From Collinsella sp. (GTDB taxonomy: Bacteria; Actinomycetota; Coriobacteriia; Coriobacteriales; Coriobacteriaceae): 64,000 nucleotides of DNA. A program made the position numbers and the translations under genes. This document shows, one piece after another, positions 45,771 through 54,160 of this stretch (its first letter is position 1; every line of letters begins with the position of its first letter). Below the pieces are notes generated by a model. The model made no database searches and had not been told where the DNA came from. It was given only the letters and a program-made list of their open reading frames with translations. The DNA lies in contig DBFWCI010000004.1 in NCBI GenBank assembly GCA_048485235.1, positions 3,267 through 67,266 on the forward strand, in the 5' to 3' direction.

Positions 45771-46775
45771 ATGAAAATCAATCATGCGATTCTGCATATC
45801 CTGGACTTTGACTCTGCCGTCAATGTTATGAGCCAGCGCGAGTTGGATATCGAAAGCCGTACCGTGCGCAACTTCGTGACCACGCATCTGCGCCGCGCAC
45901 GTACCTCGGCCGACAATAAACGCGCCACGTTTGCCGAGAACTCTGCGTTTGGCGGCGAGCTCAAGGGCTATTTCTTTGGCGAGCGCGAGTTCGTGGACCT
46001 GTCGCAGCAGATTGCGGAGTTTATCTCCTCCGAGCTCACCAAGGCAGAGAAAGCCGAGTCCACCGACGTGCTCGTGGCCGATTTTGACGATGATGAGGAT
46101 GCCCGCTGGTTTGCCGTGATGCTGCTGGGCTCCAAGCAGGCTTTTATGCACGAAGTGGGCCGCGAGGAGGGGGAGGTGCGCAACGACATCGCACGCCACT
46201 ACGCCATTCTGCCGAACCCCTCGCAAAAGGTGCCGAGCTATGCCATCGTGCGTGCGAGCACCATGGAGATCGGCTACGTGGACAAGAAGCGCAAGATTGC
46301 CGGCGAGGACCGTATGCTTATCCCCGATGGCTTGCTGCAGTGCGACACGGGCGTATCGGGCAAGGAGGTTATCGACACCGTGACGCGTGTGGTCGAGGAA
46401 GTCGCCGAGGAGCACGGTGCCAACACGGCTGTAGCGCTCGCTAAGGTTAAGGCTGCCGTTGCCGAGAAGGTTGAGGATGACGAGGAGCTGCCGCCTTGGG
46501 ATATCGTCGATGAGGTCTTTGAGGACGAACCGGTTATCAAGGAGAGCGTGCGCGCGGCACTGACCGAGGAGAAGGTGCCTGAGCGTGTGCCCGTGGAGCG
46601 CAAGCAGGTCGAACGTGCGGCGGTGCGCAATCACAAGATCCGTACCGACACGGGTATCGAAATCAGCTTCCCGGCCGAGATGGGTTCGAACTCCGAGTAC
46701 ATCGAGTTTGTCAACGAACCCAACGGCCTTATCTCCATCGAGCTCAAAAACATCGGCAGCATCGAGAACCGATAA
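45771..46775 (+). CDS. Nucleoid-associated protein (NdpA/YejK-like, NA37 family)
   Basis: MKINHAILHILDF.. N-terminus typical of the Gram-positive members. An alternative start is ATG 45762. Confidence 0.8.
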   Translation: MKINHAILHILDFDSAVNVMSQRELDIESRTVRNFVTTHLRRARTSADNKRATFAENSAFGGELKGYFFGEREFVDLSQQIAEFISSELTKAEKAESTDVLVADFDDDEDARWFAVMLLGSKQAFMHEVGREEGEVRNDIARHYAILPNPSQKVPSYAIVRASTMEIGYVDKKRKIAGEDRMLIPDGLLQCDTGVSGKEVIDTVTRVVEEVAEEHGANTAVALAKVKAAVAEKVEDDEELPPWDIVDEVFEDEPVIKESVRAALTEEKVPERVPVERKQVERAAVRNHKIRTDTGIEISFPAEMGSNSEYIEFVNEPNGLISIELKNIGSIENR

Positions 46776-46798
46776 GGCTTTTTGCTTTTGAATAAAAG

Positions 46799-46840
46799 TC
46801 TGGATTATATTTTGAAGTATACTTTGAAATATAATCCAGA
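46799..46840. promoter_or_regulatory. 42-bp palindrome (TA operator and/or terminator of the upstream gene)
   Basis: TCTGGATTATATTT-TGAAGTATACTTTG-AAATATAATCCAGA with perfect 14-bp arms, followed by TTATTTTTT and the antitoxin SD. Confidence 0.6.
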
Positions 46841-46859
46841 TTATTTTTTGGAGGCCAAA

Positions 46860-47210
46860 ATGTCCCCACTTGTTCTGGAAAAACCGGTGTTTACAAAAGA
46901 CCAGGTTGTTTCTGCTACCGAAGCAAGCAAGTCCTTATCCGCCATTCGTAAACGCGCAAAACGCGCGCCTCAGTTCATTGCTGATCATAATGATATCGAT
47001 ACCGTGATTATCGACTATGCTGCCTATGAGGAAATGTACGGCGCGCTGCAGTATCTGCGTGAACTTGAGATAAATCGCATCGCTGCGGATCGAGTCAAGC
47101 ATGGTCCGCATGAGTTTGTTCCGTTTGAGGATGCCTTAACTGCCGAGGAGCTCGCGGAGCTTGAGTCGATGGATCCGGACGCGATTCCCGACGAGGATCT
47201 TTTCGAATGA
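46860..47210 (+). CDS. Phd/YefM-type antitoxin
   Basis: 116 aa from ATG 46860 (GGAGG SD). The ..SATEASKSLSAIRKRAKRAPQFIADHNDIDTVIIDYAAYEEM layout is typical. 4-nt overlap (ATGA) with the toxin gene. Confidence 0.75.
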   Translation: MSPLVLEKPVFTKDQVVSATEASKSLSAIRKRAKRAPQFIADHNDIDTVIIDYAAYEEMYGALQYLRELEINRIAADRVKHGPHEFVPFEDALTAEELAELESMDPDAIPDEDLFE

Positions 47211-47551
47211 GCGGGCATTTTGTTGTCGGCTTTTTGAATCGAGACGTCGAGAAGGAATATCAAAAACTAGATGGATCCCAGCGCAGGCTCGTCCGTATTG
47301 CCGTCGCAAAATTAAAGACGCGCGCTGATGAAATCGGAACGCCGCTTCACGGCGAGCTCGCCGGCTGCAAAAAGATTAAATGGCGGAATGCGGGACTCAG
47401 AATGGTTTTCCGAATCCGAGAGGACGGAATGGTTGAGATTGCCGAGATCGTGGCAATAGGGCGGCGCGATCGTTCCGAGGTCTATAAGACGGCCGTAGGG
47501 CGCCTGTCAAAGCAATCCGCCATGGTTGAATACGACGGAACCCTGAGATGA
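47207..47551 (+). CDS. RelE/ParE-family type II toxin
   Basis: 114 aa. ..LAGCKKIKWRNAGLRMVFRIREDGMVEIAEIVAIGRRDRSEVY matches the RelE/ParE fold pattern. Confidence 0.8.
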   Translation: MSGHFVVGFLNRDVEKEYQKLDGSQRRLVRIAVAKLKTRADEIGTPLHGELAGCKKIKWRNAGLRMVFRIREDGMVEIAEIVAIGRRDRSEVYKTAVGRLSKQSAMVEYDGTLR

Positions 47552-47552
47552 T

Positions 47553-47591
47553 GAAGGCCGAAGCCTCGGACGAGGGCTTCGGCCTTTTTAC
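47553..47591 (+). terminator. Terminator after the toxin gene
   Basis: GAAGGCCGAAGCC-loop-GGCTTCGGCCTT followed by TTTA. Confidence 0.8.
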
Positions 47592-47645
47592 TTGGGGCTT
47601 AATTACGCTACTGGTTGAGCATACGTCAGCGAAAACGCCCCTAAG

Positions 47646-47771
47646 CGAGCAAGGTGACGTGAAAGAGGAGGGAAGCGTACTTCGGTACGCGACCGACGAT
47701 TGAACGTCAGATTGCCGCTCTGGGTCGTTTGTAGCGTCGACTAGTTACGCGGTTTGGTAAAACCGCGTAAC
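47646..47771 (+). repeat. Structured intergenic repeat, copy A (diverged hairpin plus a 12-bp GTTACGCGGTTT hairpin)
   Basis: ..GCAA GG TGACG TGAAAGAGGAGGGAA GCGTAC-TTCG-GTACGC GACCGACGATTGAA CGTCA GA TTGC.. then GTTACGCGGTTTGGTAAAACCGCGTAAC, which abuts the dapH stop codon. Confidence 0.6.
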
Positions 47772-47772
47772 C

Positions 47773-48492
47773 CTACAGCTGGCGCAGGCCTTCCTCGAGA
47801 CCGGTCTTGCTGTCGGTCTTCTCATCGCGCATCTTGATGACGCGGGCGGGGACACCGGCCACGACGGCACCGGCGGGGACGTCCTCGACGCACACGGCAC
47901 CGGCAGCCACGACGGCGCCCTTGCCCACGCGCACGCCCTCCAGGACCACGGCGTTGGCGCCAATCATGACATCATCCTCGATGATGACGGGCGTGGCACT
48001 CGCGGGCTCAACGACGCCTGCCAGTACGGTGCCGGCGCCGATGTGGCAGTTCCTGCCCACGGTGGCGCGGCCGCCCAGGACGGCGCCCATATCAATCATA
48101 GAGCCCTCGCCGATAACGGAGCCGATGTTGATGATAGCGCCCATCATAATGACGGCGCGGTAGCCGATCTCGACGCGGTCGCGGATGATCGCACCCGGCT
48201 CAATGCGGGCGTTGATGCCCTTAAGGTCTAGCATGGGGACGGCGGAATTGCGGCAGTCATTTTCGACGTCGTAGTAGTCGATGGAGTCGGCATTGGCATC
48301 GAGGATGGCTTTGAGCTCATCCCAGTCGCCAAAGACGGTCTTGCCGCGACGACCGCCGTAGACGTGCGCATTGCCCCACTGGACCTTCATGCCGGGCTTT
48401 TCACGCACGTACAGCTTGACGGGCGTCTTTTTGGGCGCGGTGGCGATGTAGTTGATAATCTCCTGTGCATCCATCTCGGCTGCGCTGCTCAT
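47773..48492 (-). CDS. dapH: 2,3,4,5-tetrahydropyridine-2,6-dicarboxylate N-acetyltransferase
   Basis: N-terminus ..[21 protein letters not shown].. plus hexapeptide repeats, as in DapH/YkuQ. Confidence 0.9.
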   Translation of the reverse strand: MSSAAEMDAQEIINYIATAPKKTPVKLYVREKPGMKVQWGNAHVYGGRRGKTVFGDWDELKAILDANADSIDYYDVENDCRNSAVPMLDLKGINARIEPGAIIRDRVEIGYRAVIMMGAIINIGSVIGEGSMIDMGAVLGGRATVGRNCHIGAGTVLAGVVEPASATPVIIEDDVMIGANAVVLEGVRVGKGAVVAAGAVCVEDVPAGAVVAGVPARVIKMRDEKTDSKTGLEEGLRQL

Positions 48493-48531
48493 TTGCTATC
48501 TCTCCTTTGGGTGGATTCGGTTGATACCTGG

Positions 48532-49272
48532 TTAGGCAAACATGACCTGATCAAACGTATAGAAGCCGTGCTCACGGGTGACGAGCTTCTGCGCGGCTGC
48601 CAGGGCGCCGTTGACGAAGATCTGACGGCTCGTGGCGCGATGCGTGAGCGTGACTTCCTCGTCCTGGCCAAAGAAACTCACTTCGTGCACGCCGGCGACA
48701 GTGCCACCGCGCAGCGAGTGCATGCCGATCTCCTTGGGGTCGCGCGCTCCGCACATGCCCTCGCGGCCATAGACGGGGCGGTAGCCTGCCTCGGGCTCGG
48801 CTTCGACGACGGCATCGAGCAGCAACTTGGCTGTGCCGCTGGGGGCATCGACCTTTTGGTTATGGTGCGTCTCGACGATTTCGCAGTCAAAGCCGGGCAG
48901 TTCGCGCGTGGCCTGGGCAACCAGATGGCGCAGGGCGGCGATGCCGATAGAGTAGTTGCCCGAGTGCATGACGCGGGCGTTCTGACCCAGCTCGCGCAGG
49001 CGGTCCATCTGATCGGGTGTGTAGCCCGTGGTGCCCGAGACCAACGCGGCGCCCGTGCGCTCGACATAGGCGACGACGGCATCGAAGGTAACGACGTTCG
49101 AGAAGTCGATGATGACGTCGGCTGCCGGGGCGCTCTCGAGCTCGGACAGATCAAAACCGATCTGGGCGACGATATCAAAAACGGGCTGACCGGCGGCGTC
49201 GACAATGCCCTCGGCGGTAGTGCGGATGAGCGAGCCCATGCGGCCCGTTCCCATAATGACGGTCTTAATCAA
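48532..49272 (-). CDS. dapB: 4-hydroxy-tetrahydrodipicolinate reductase
   Basis: MIKTVIMGTGRMG Rossmann start and E(T)HHNQKVDAPSGTA motif. Confidence 0.9.
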   Translation of the reverse strand: MIKTVIMGTGRMGSLIRTTAEGIVDAAGQPVFDIVAQIGFDLSELESAPAADVIIDFSNVVTFDAVVAYVERTGAALVSGTTGYTPDQMDRLRELGQNARVMHSGNYSIGIAALRHLVAQATRELPGFDCEIVETHHNQKVDAPSGTAKLLLDAVVEAEPEAGYRPVYGREGMCGARDPKEIGMHSLRGGTVAGVHEVSFFGQDEEVTLTHRATSRQIFVNGALAAAQKLVTREHGFYTFDQVMFA

Positions 49273-51574
49273 GTAGACCAGCTCCCTTCAGAGCATCGGT
49301 AAGTGCGGCTCGCGTGTCGTTGGCCATGGGGCACAGCGGCATGCGGTAGTTTGCCTCGATCATACCCATCTGGGCGAGCGCCTCTTTGACGGGGATGGGG
49401 TTGACCTCACTAAAGAGGGCATTGATGAGCGGCTGGCCGGCAATTTGGATATCGCGGGCACGTGCCACGTCACCGTCCAAATAGGCGCGGCACATGTCAT
49501 GCACGAGCTGCGGCTGAACGTCTGCCCACACGCTGATGGTGCCCGAGGCGCCCAGGCTCATGAGCGGCACGGTAAGCGCGTCCTCGCCCGAGTACATGCG
49601 GAAGTCGTCTGACAGCAGGTGGGCGATCTTGGCCGCGTAGGCGACGTTGCCCGAGGCCTCCTTGATGCCCATGATGTTGGGGTGCGCGGCCAAGCGCTCT
49701 ACGTTGCGCTCGCTGATACCGCAGCCGCAGCGGCCGGGAATGTTGTACAGGATGCAGGGGATGTCCACGGCATCGGCGACGGTCTTAAAGTGCTGATAGA
49801 TACCCTCTTCATTGGACTTGTTGTAGTAGGGGGTAATGAGCAGCAGGCCGTCAGCTCCCAAGCCCTGGTAGGTGAGCGACTTGGTGAGCATGGTTTGCGT
49901 GGAGTTGGAGCCCGAGCCGGCGATGACGGGGACGCGTCCTGCAACATGCTTGACCACGGCGGCGACGACGGAGTTGTCCTCGTCGTCGGTCATCGTAGCG
50001 CTCTCGCCGGTGGTGCCCAGAGTGAGGATGGCGTCGGTGCCGTTTTGCAGGTGGAAATCGATAAGGCGCTCGAGTGCGTCAAAGTCGACGCTGCCGTCCT
50101 TTTTAAACGGCGTAACAAGGGCGACGATTGAGCCCTCGAGATTGCGGATATCCATGTTCTTCTCCTTCGCTTCCGCGATCTGGATGCGCTTATTCCATTG
50201 GGCGGCGACGGCCAGGCGCTCGTCCTGAGCGCGACGACGAGCGCTTTCGGCACGCGATTTGGCCAGCAGCTCTCGGCCGCACGGCAGCACGTCGAGCGTG
50301 GCAAAATAGTCGCCCGGGCGCTCGGCGCGGCGGATAAGGTCGGCCGAGCCGTCGGGACGCAGCAGCACCTCGGCGGAGCGCAGGCGGCCGTTGTAGTTGT
50401 AGCCCATGGAGTAGCCATGCGCGCCGGTATCGTGAATCACGAGCAGGTCGCCCATGTCGATCTGCGGCAGCTCGCGATCGATGGCGAACTTGTCGTTGTT
50501 TTCGCACAGATTGCCCGTAATGTCGTACGTGTTTGTGACAGGAGCCGCGGTCTTGTCGGAGCCACCCGGCTGGCCCATCACCGTAATGTGGTGGTAGGCG
50601 CCATACATGGCAGGGCGGATCAGATCGACGGCGCTTGCGTCGACACCGATATAGTCCTTGTAGATTTGCTTCTCGTGGATGGCCTTGGTGACCAGGCAGC
50701 CGTAGGGGCCCATCATAAAGCGGCCCATCTCGGTGCAGATGGCCACATCGCCCATGCCGGCGGGAACCAGGATCTCGTCGTAGGCCGCGTGCACTCCCTC
50801 GCCGATGGCGTGAATGTCGTTGGCCTGCTGCTCGGGCAGATAGGGGATGCCGACGCCGCCGGATAGATTGATGAAGGCGACATGTGCGCCGGTCTCGCGC
50901 TCCAGGCGCACGGCAAGCTCAAAGAGGATGCGCGCAAGCTTGGGGTAGTAGTCGTTGGTGACGGTGTTGCTGGCAAGGAATGCGTGGATGCCAAAGTCCT
51001 CGGCGCCCTTGGCCTTGAGCATGCGGAAGGCCTCGAAGAGCTGCTTGGTGGTCATGCCGTACTTGGAGTCGCCGGGGTTATCCATGATGCCGTTGGAGAG
51101 TTGGAACATGCCGCCCGGATTAAAGCGGCAGCTGACCGTCTTGGGGATGGGTCCCGCAACGCGCTCAAAGAACTCGATGTGGCTGATGTCGTCAAAGTTG
51201 ACGATGGCGCCCAGCTTGTCGGCGAGCTCAAAGTCCGCCGCCGGCGTGTCGTTGGACGAGAACATGATGTCGTGTCCCGTGATGCCCAGCGAACGGGCGA
51301 TCATGAGCTCGGTATAGCTCGAGCAATCGCAGCCGCAGCCGTATTCGTTGAGAATGGAGATGAGCGCCGGGTTGGGGTTGGCCTTGACGGCAAAGTATTC
51401 CTTAAAGCCCGGGTTCCATGCAAAGGCGTCGCGCACTTCTTGCATGTTGCGGCGGATGCCCGCCTCGTCGTATAGATGAAACGGCGTGGGGAACTGCTCG
51501 ACGATATGCTCGAGTGTCTCTTTGTCCACAAACGGCTGCTTGGCCGCATATGCCTCGTTGGGGGTCAATGCCAT
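49265..51574 (-). CDS. lysA-dapA: Fusion protein: diaminopimelate decarboxylase (N-terminal, about 473 aa) + 4-hydroxy-tetrahydrodipicolinate synthase (C-terminal, 296 aa)
   Basis: One uninterrupted 769-codon frame. N-terminal FAVKANPNPA (PLP Lys) and ..HDTGAHG.. are LysA motifs. C-terminal ALVTPF..GTTGE..YNIPGR..IMGIKEASG are DapA motifs. Internal ATG at 50155 is preceded by an AAGGAGAA SD. Confidence 0.88.
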   Translation of the reverse strand: MALTPNEAYAAKQPFVDKETLEHIVEQFPTPFHLYDEAGIRRNMQEVRDAFAWNPGFKEYFAVKANPNPALISILNEYGCGCDCSSYTELMIARSLGITGHDIMFSSNDTPAADFELADKLGAIVNFDDISHIEFFERVAGPIPKTVSCRFNPGGMFQLSNGIMDNPGDSKYGMTTKQLFEAFRMLKAKGAEDFGIHAFLASNTVTNDYYPKLARILFELAVRLERETGAHVAFINLSGGVGIPYLPEQQANDIHAIGEGVHAAYDEILVPAGMGDVAICTEMGRFMMGPYGCLVTKAIHEKQIYKDYIGVDASAVDLIRPAMYGAYHHITVMGQPGGSDKTAAPVTNTYDITGNLCENNDKFAIDRELPQIDMGDLLVIHDTGAHGYSMGYNYNGRLRSAEVLLRPDGSADLIRRAERPGDYFATLDVLPCGRELLAKSRAESARRRAQDERLAVAAQWNKRIQIAEAKEKNMDIRNLEGSIVALVTPFKKDGSVDFDALERLIDFHLQNGTDAILTLGTTGESATMTDDEDNSVVAAVVKHVAGRVPVIAGSGSNSTQTMLTKSLTYQGLGADGLLLITPYYNKSNEEGIYQHFKTVADAVDIPCILYNIPGRCGCGISERNVERLAAHPNIMGIKEASGNVAYAAKIAHLLSDDFRMYSGEDALTVPLMSLGASGTISVWADVQPQLVHDMCRAYLDGDVARARDIQIAGQPLINALFSEVNPIPVKEALAQMGMIEANYRMPLCPMANDTRAALTDALKGAGLLD

Positions 51575-51639
51575 GTCCCGTAAACCTCGCTATCCAGACG
51601 GCGCCATCTGCGCATCGAATCCGCATAACGTGGACCCAA

Positions 51640-51805
51640 TGTCCGGATAGCGCTCCCGCATTGCTGCAGACAGTCCTGTGGGTGTTTCCCACAGGCCCAC
51701 CAGGTTGTTCGTGCCCGTAAAACCCAGTTCGGCGGGTTTCGCCTCCCCACGGGGTCAAAGCCTGCCGGCTCGCCCGCGGCTCTTCGTGCCCGCGCCTCTA
51801 TCAAG
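51640..51805 (-). promoter_or_regulatory. Lysine riboswitch (L-box) in the leader of the lysA-dapA/dapB/dapH operon
   Basis: The minus-strand read contains GATAGAGGCGC..., GGGGAGGCGAAACCCGCCGAAC, CCTGGTGGG, GGACTGTC and closing GGGAGCGCTATC, in the order and spacing of L-box conserved cores (compare B. subtilis lysC leader AGAGGUGC / GGGGAGCGUCGCCGAAG / GCUGG / GGCUGUCA). Confidence 0.85.
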
Positions 51806-51952
51806 TGGTAAAGACCCTATCACGTTGCACTTTACCAAACAAGAGTATTCGTATATAACGTTTAAAAAATGCAGGGATATGCTGGAAACATGTGCGCCAC
51901 AATCCTGTATCACAATAAGTTGCAACAGATGTGCCTCACGAAGGGATCCTCT

Positions 51953-53140
51953 ATGACCGAGCTCCAAGAACTCCGTCGCTATCGCCGCGATCTCCATCGC
52001 ATTCCGGAGCTCGATTTCGATCTTCCGCAAACCATTGCCTATATCGAGGGCGTGCTGGCACCGCTCACCTGCGAAGTGACCCATCCGTGCCCCAGCTGCG
52101 TCTGCGCTTTCTTCGACGCCGGCGTTGATGCCGCGCATGCCACGGCGATTCGCGCCGATATGGATGCGCTGCCCATCGCGGAAGCGACGGGAGCGGCCTT
52201 TGCCTCAACCCATCCCGGCAAGATGCACGCTTGCGGACATGACGGACACATGGCCATGGCGCTTGCCGCCGCGACGTATGTCGACCGTACGATTCGCGAG
52301 CATCCGGGCGCCATTAGGCGCAATGTTCTCTTTGTGTTCCAGCCGGCCGAGGAAACGACCGGTGGTGCCAAGACGGTATGCGAGAGCGGTGTGTTCGAGC
52401 GCTATGGGGCCGACCGCATTTTTGGCTTCCATGTGTGGCCCGATCTGCCCGCCGGCACGTTGGCGAGCTGCCCCGGTCCGCTGCTAGCGCGTTCGAGCGA
52501 GACGCATGTGCACATTCACGGGACGAGCATCCATATCGCCAAGACCTACGGCGTTCCCGTTGGCGAATCGCACGATGCGGCATTGGCGGCTGCCAAGTTC
52601 TTGGTTTCCGAGCGCGAACTCATGGACAAGCTGGGTGCCGACGAGCCCTGCATTGGTAAGTTCGGCTTGCTGCAGGCCGGTACCGTCTGCAATGCGGTGG
52701 CAGGGGAGGCCCATGTTGCCGGCAGCCTGCGTGTGTTTACGGACGACATGTTCGACCGTGCGCGCGAGGGCGTACGCCGTGTACTCGACGAGGCGTGCAC
52801 CGCAACGGGCTGCACGTATGATCTCGACTTTGCCGAGGGCTATCCACCGGTCGATAACGACCCCGAGCTGTTTGCCAACATCACGCCTGCCTTGCCCGGG
52901 CTGCAGCTTGTAGAGGAGCCGCTGTTAATTGCCGAGGACTTTGCTTTCTATCAGCGCCATCTGCCGGGCGTGTTCTTCTTGCTGGGCACGGGTATGCCAG
53001 AGGACCAAGACAACCCGAGTGATTCGGATGGCTGCCCCGCCTATGCCACAAGCGCTCTGCATACCGATAGCATGCTCTTCGACGAGGAAATCCTACTCAA
53101 AAGCCTCGATGTCTACAAACGATTACTTTCGCTTGACTAA
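51953..53140 (+). CDS. M20-family amidohydrolase (probable N-acetyldiaminopimelate deacetylase)
   Basis: LRRYRRDLHRIPELDF.., IRADMDALP and HACGHDGH motifs of the M20D family. It is divergent from the dapH operon. Start at ATG 51953. Confidence 0.85.
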   Translation: MTELQELRRYRRDLHRIPELDFDLPQTIAYIEGVLAPLTCEVTHPCPSCVCAFFDAGVDAAHATAIRADMDALPIAEATGAAFASTHPGKMHACGHDGHMAMALAAATYVDRTIREHPGAIRRNVLFVFQPAEETTGGAKTVCESGVFERYGADRIFGFHVWPDLPAGTLASCPGPLLARSSETHVHIHGTSIHIAKTYGVPVGESHDAALAAAKFLVSERELMDKLGADEPCIGKFGLLQAGTVCNAVAGEAHVAGSLRVFTDDMFDRAREGVRRVLDEACTATGCTYDLDFAEGYPPVDNDPELFANITPALPGLQLVEEPLLIAEDFAFYQRHLPGVFFLLGTGMPEDQDNPSDSDGCPAYATSALHTDSMLFDEEILLKSLDVYKRLLSLD

Positions 53141-53304
53141 GGCGTGAAGGACTATTTGTTCTAGAAAACACGAACAAACGTACGATATAATAGAGATGTA
53201 AGTCTATAGAAACGTTTGACGTTACTAACGTAAGGCGATACTATGATTGCATCGTAATGAGCGCTATCGGGTCTGTTTTGAGTGGAGACAGGAGATGGCT
53301 TGGA

Positions 53305-53646
53305 ATGTCGAAATCGTCGATTATCACAAGTGATGAGACCTCGGCCGATTTGCTGTCGCCGGTGACTCCTGGTGAGCTTCTCAAAGAGGAGTTTCTTGTT
53401 CCCATGGGCATTTCTCAATATCGCCTTGCGAAAGAGACCGGGATTCCGGCTCAGCGTATCGGGCAGATTGTCTTGGGAAAACGTCGCGTGACGGCCGACA
53501 CCGACCTCCGTCTTTGCCGTTATTTTGGCCTGACGGATGGTTATTGGCTGCGCGCTCAGGTGGCGTTTGACCTTGAGGCCGAGAAAAGGCGGATCGAACC
53601 GGAACTCGACAAGATCGTTCCTGTTCAGCAGGCTATCGCACTGTAG
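53305..53646 (+). CDS. HigA-family antitoxin-like XRE HTH protein (no HigB partner seen)
   Basis: PVTPGELLKEEFLVPMGISQYRLAKETGIPAQRIGQIVLGKRRVTADTDLRLCRYFG is the canonical HigA/VapI core. Confidence 0.8.
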   Translation: MSKSSIITSDETSADLLSPVTPGELLKEEFLVPMGISQYRLAKETGIPAQRIGQIVLGKRRVTADTDLRLCRYFGLTDGYWLRAQVAFDLEAEKRRIEPELDKIVPVQQAIAL

Positions 53647-53999
53647 TGCTCAAAGATGATGGGGGTGGCGCGGCGATGAGGCGACGCCGACAGTCTGCCG
53701 TATATAGTCCGGGTGGATGCGGGTGCGGTTTGCTGCTGCTTCCGGTCATCGCTGTGGGCATTGGCGTGATGTTTGTGCTTGCTGGGCTGGCTACGGCGGC
53801 ACTCGTACTGTTTATCACTGCTATCGGCGTGACGATTTGGCTTTATCGCAGTCGTGAGCAGCGCCGCGCCGACGGTAAGACCAATGTAGGATGGATTGCC
53901 TTTTTGGTCATCGCCTACCTGCTGAGCATCAGCTATTTGGCCTTCTTTATCCTGTTGCTTGTGAGCACCTTTACCGGGGAATCCGTCACGGTGGGTTGA
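53646..53999 (+). CDS. Hypothetical membrane protein
   Basis: Three hydrophobic helices. Start uncertain (GTG 53646 or ATG 53676). Confidence 0.45.
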   Translation: MLKDDGGGAAMRRRRQSAVYSPGGCGCGLLLLPVIAVGIGVMFVLAGLATAALVLFITAIGVTIWLYRSREQRRADGKTNVGWIAFLVIAYLLSISYLAFFILLLVSTFTGESVTVG

Positions 54000-54104
54000 T
54001 GCACTGCCAGCAGACGGTTGCGCAAAGTGCGTTTGCTCGGCGTTTGGATAACTGCATTGGCCGTTTACCGCAGCCTTAGCTCTCAGCTAATGAATTCAAG
54101 TTTA

Positions 54105-54158
54105 ATCCTTCCTACGATGTGCTGTGTGCCGGCACGGTAGCCGGATCGTAGGAAGGAT
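54105..54158 (+). promoter_or_regulatory. Perfect 14-bp stem that sequesters the SD of the downstream lipoprotein gene
   Basis: ATCCTTCCTACGAT (54105-54118) pairs with ATCGTAGGAAGGAT (54145-54158). The right arm contains GGAAGGA, 3-6 nt before ATG 54161/54164. Confidence 0.5.
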
Positions 54159-54160
54159 GC

